Assembly: GCA_030704615.1 (NCBI GenBank)
Contig: CM060734.1
Coordinates: forward strand, 23,250,001-23,314,000
Direction: 5' to 3'
Length of the DNA stretch: 64,000 nt
Source of the DNA: Takakia lepidozioides
Taxonomy: Eukaryota; Plantae; Bryophyta
A program made the position numbers and the translations under genes. The notes beneath the pieces were generated by a model, which worked only from the letters and a program-made list of their open reading frames with translations, searched no databases and was not told the DNA's origin. Numbering within the stretch: the first letter of the stretch is position 1; each line of letters starts with the position of its first letter. Shown here in pieces: positions 62,912 through 64,000 of this stretch.

Positions 62912-64000
62912 TCAACCTAGTGTGGTTGTTGTGATATTGTTGCCACAGTCCTCCTGATGTTGGCAAGTCCTGCACTTCCTGTGCTGAAGATTGAAAATCA
63001 AAGTCCTTGCCTGCAAATAAGTAGCCATGAGTTGTTCCTCAGGAACAAAGGCCCTTTTGTCAATGTTGGAGCTCAAGTCATCCACTTGAGTCTGCAGCCC
63101 TTCTACATCCTCCTGTAACTCAGCTATCTGACCATAGACATTGTCTATAGTGGTTGTGGCAGTGTTCTGCACTCGTAGCCTGAGATCATTCATCTCGTCT
63201 TGGGTGAGCTTTCTTGGTGCTTTCCCTTCCACTGGCCCTTGTGTTAACCACTCTTGCAAAAGATGATTATCCACTAAGTCCTGTGTAACACCACGGAGAT
63301 CCTGCTCCTCCTTGAGCCGATATGCTTCCAACTGCTGTTGTAAACTCTCCATGCGCTTTGCATGAGGCTCAACCAAAGCTGCACAGGCAGCTGACAGATT
63401 ATTGGCTTCTTTCCAGGCCCTTTCACTCACAGAAAGTTCATTCTCCCGTACTGTGATTGTTTGCTGCAATTCAAAGATGTACATGTCCTTCTGGGCATCG
63501 ACCTGGTGGAACTGCTGAATGGTATCCTCATTGCAACAGATAGTAGCCTTCATGTCAGCAATGAGTTTTCCCTGCTCCATTGACTCTATCTCCGCCGTTA
63601 TACATCTCTCAACTTGGTTCTTGACTTCCAGTGCAATCATCTCCAGATTAGTCGTTAGTGTGACACACTGTATGATCATTTTCTGATGGACTGCTTCCAA
63701 TTCTGTATGAAGCAACTTCACTTCATGCAACTTACCCTCATGCTGAATCTATATCTGATATAGCTGTTCCGCACTTCATGTAACTTCTCCTGCTCAAGAC
63801 CTGCTTCAATTAAATTTTCCTTCGCAAGCTGTAGGGCAGCTTTAGTGTCCTCCAACTCTTTCTACAACTTGAGGTTGGCCTCCACATCCACCCTATTTGC
63901 ACACTCAGTGGCAATTCTTTCCTCAAGCTCTTGCTTGAGCTCCTCCCGCAATGCTGCCAATTGAGTGGAAGGAACATGAGTCTTGACATAGGTGCCCAAC
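62912..64000 (-). CDS. Coiled-coil protein with a terminal CxxC..C/H motif; 5' part frameshifted and running off the window
   Basis: ORF 62912-63730 has a heptad E/Q/L-rich pattern. Similar coding-like sequence continues to 64000. Its stop lies 13 bp from the next ATG. Confidence 0.5.

Larger units (their letters stand above)
49070..64000. mobile_element. Large DNA element beginning with a CACTA terminus; right end not found in window, so extent is uncertain
   Basis: CACTACAACAAAAACG at 49070 interrupts the gag reading frame. Subterminal acgac/gtcgt repeats at 49090-49225. Predicted 3-bp TSD is TGG. Confidence 0.65.

Overview
Repeat-rich eukaryotic nuclear DNA, most likely from a non-seed land plant (bryophyte-like; inferred from gene structure and TE types). 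A small host-gene island (10.5-28.5 kb) holds a 16-exon VPS15 gene and a Pro-rich RanBP2 zinc-finger gene. The VPS15 has an unexpected DysF-like insertion and four LINE-derived intronic insertions. Everything else is nested mobile DNA: two truncated Ty3/gypsy elements, a PIF/Harbinger fragment, two hAT-type MITEs, ~120-bp/~1-kb and ~150-bp satellites, arrays of short palindromes, two degenerate HND-type protein kinases and two GCM/WRKY-MULE-type transposase genes. The main finding starts at a CACTA terminus at 49070. This large DNA element carries a spliced 9-exon gene (~1050 codons) fusing a ParB/Srx-like domain to a beta-class N4C/N6A DNA methyltransferase. That gene lies head-to-head with a GCM-MULE-SWIM transposase, and its introns contain arrays of 22-bp palindromes. 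All domain calls are by eye from motifs; no searches were run.
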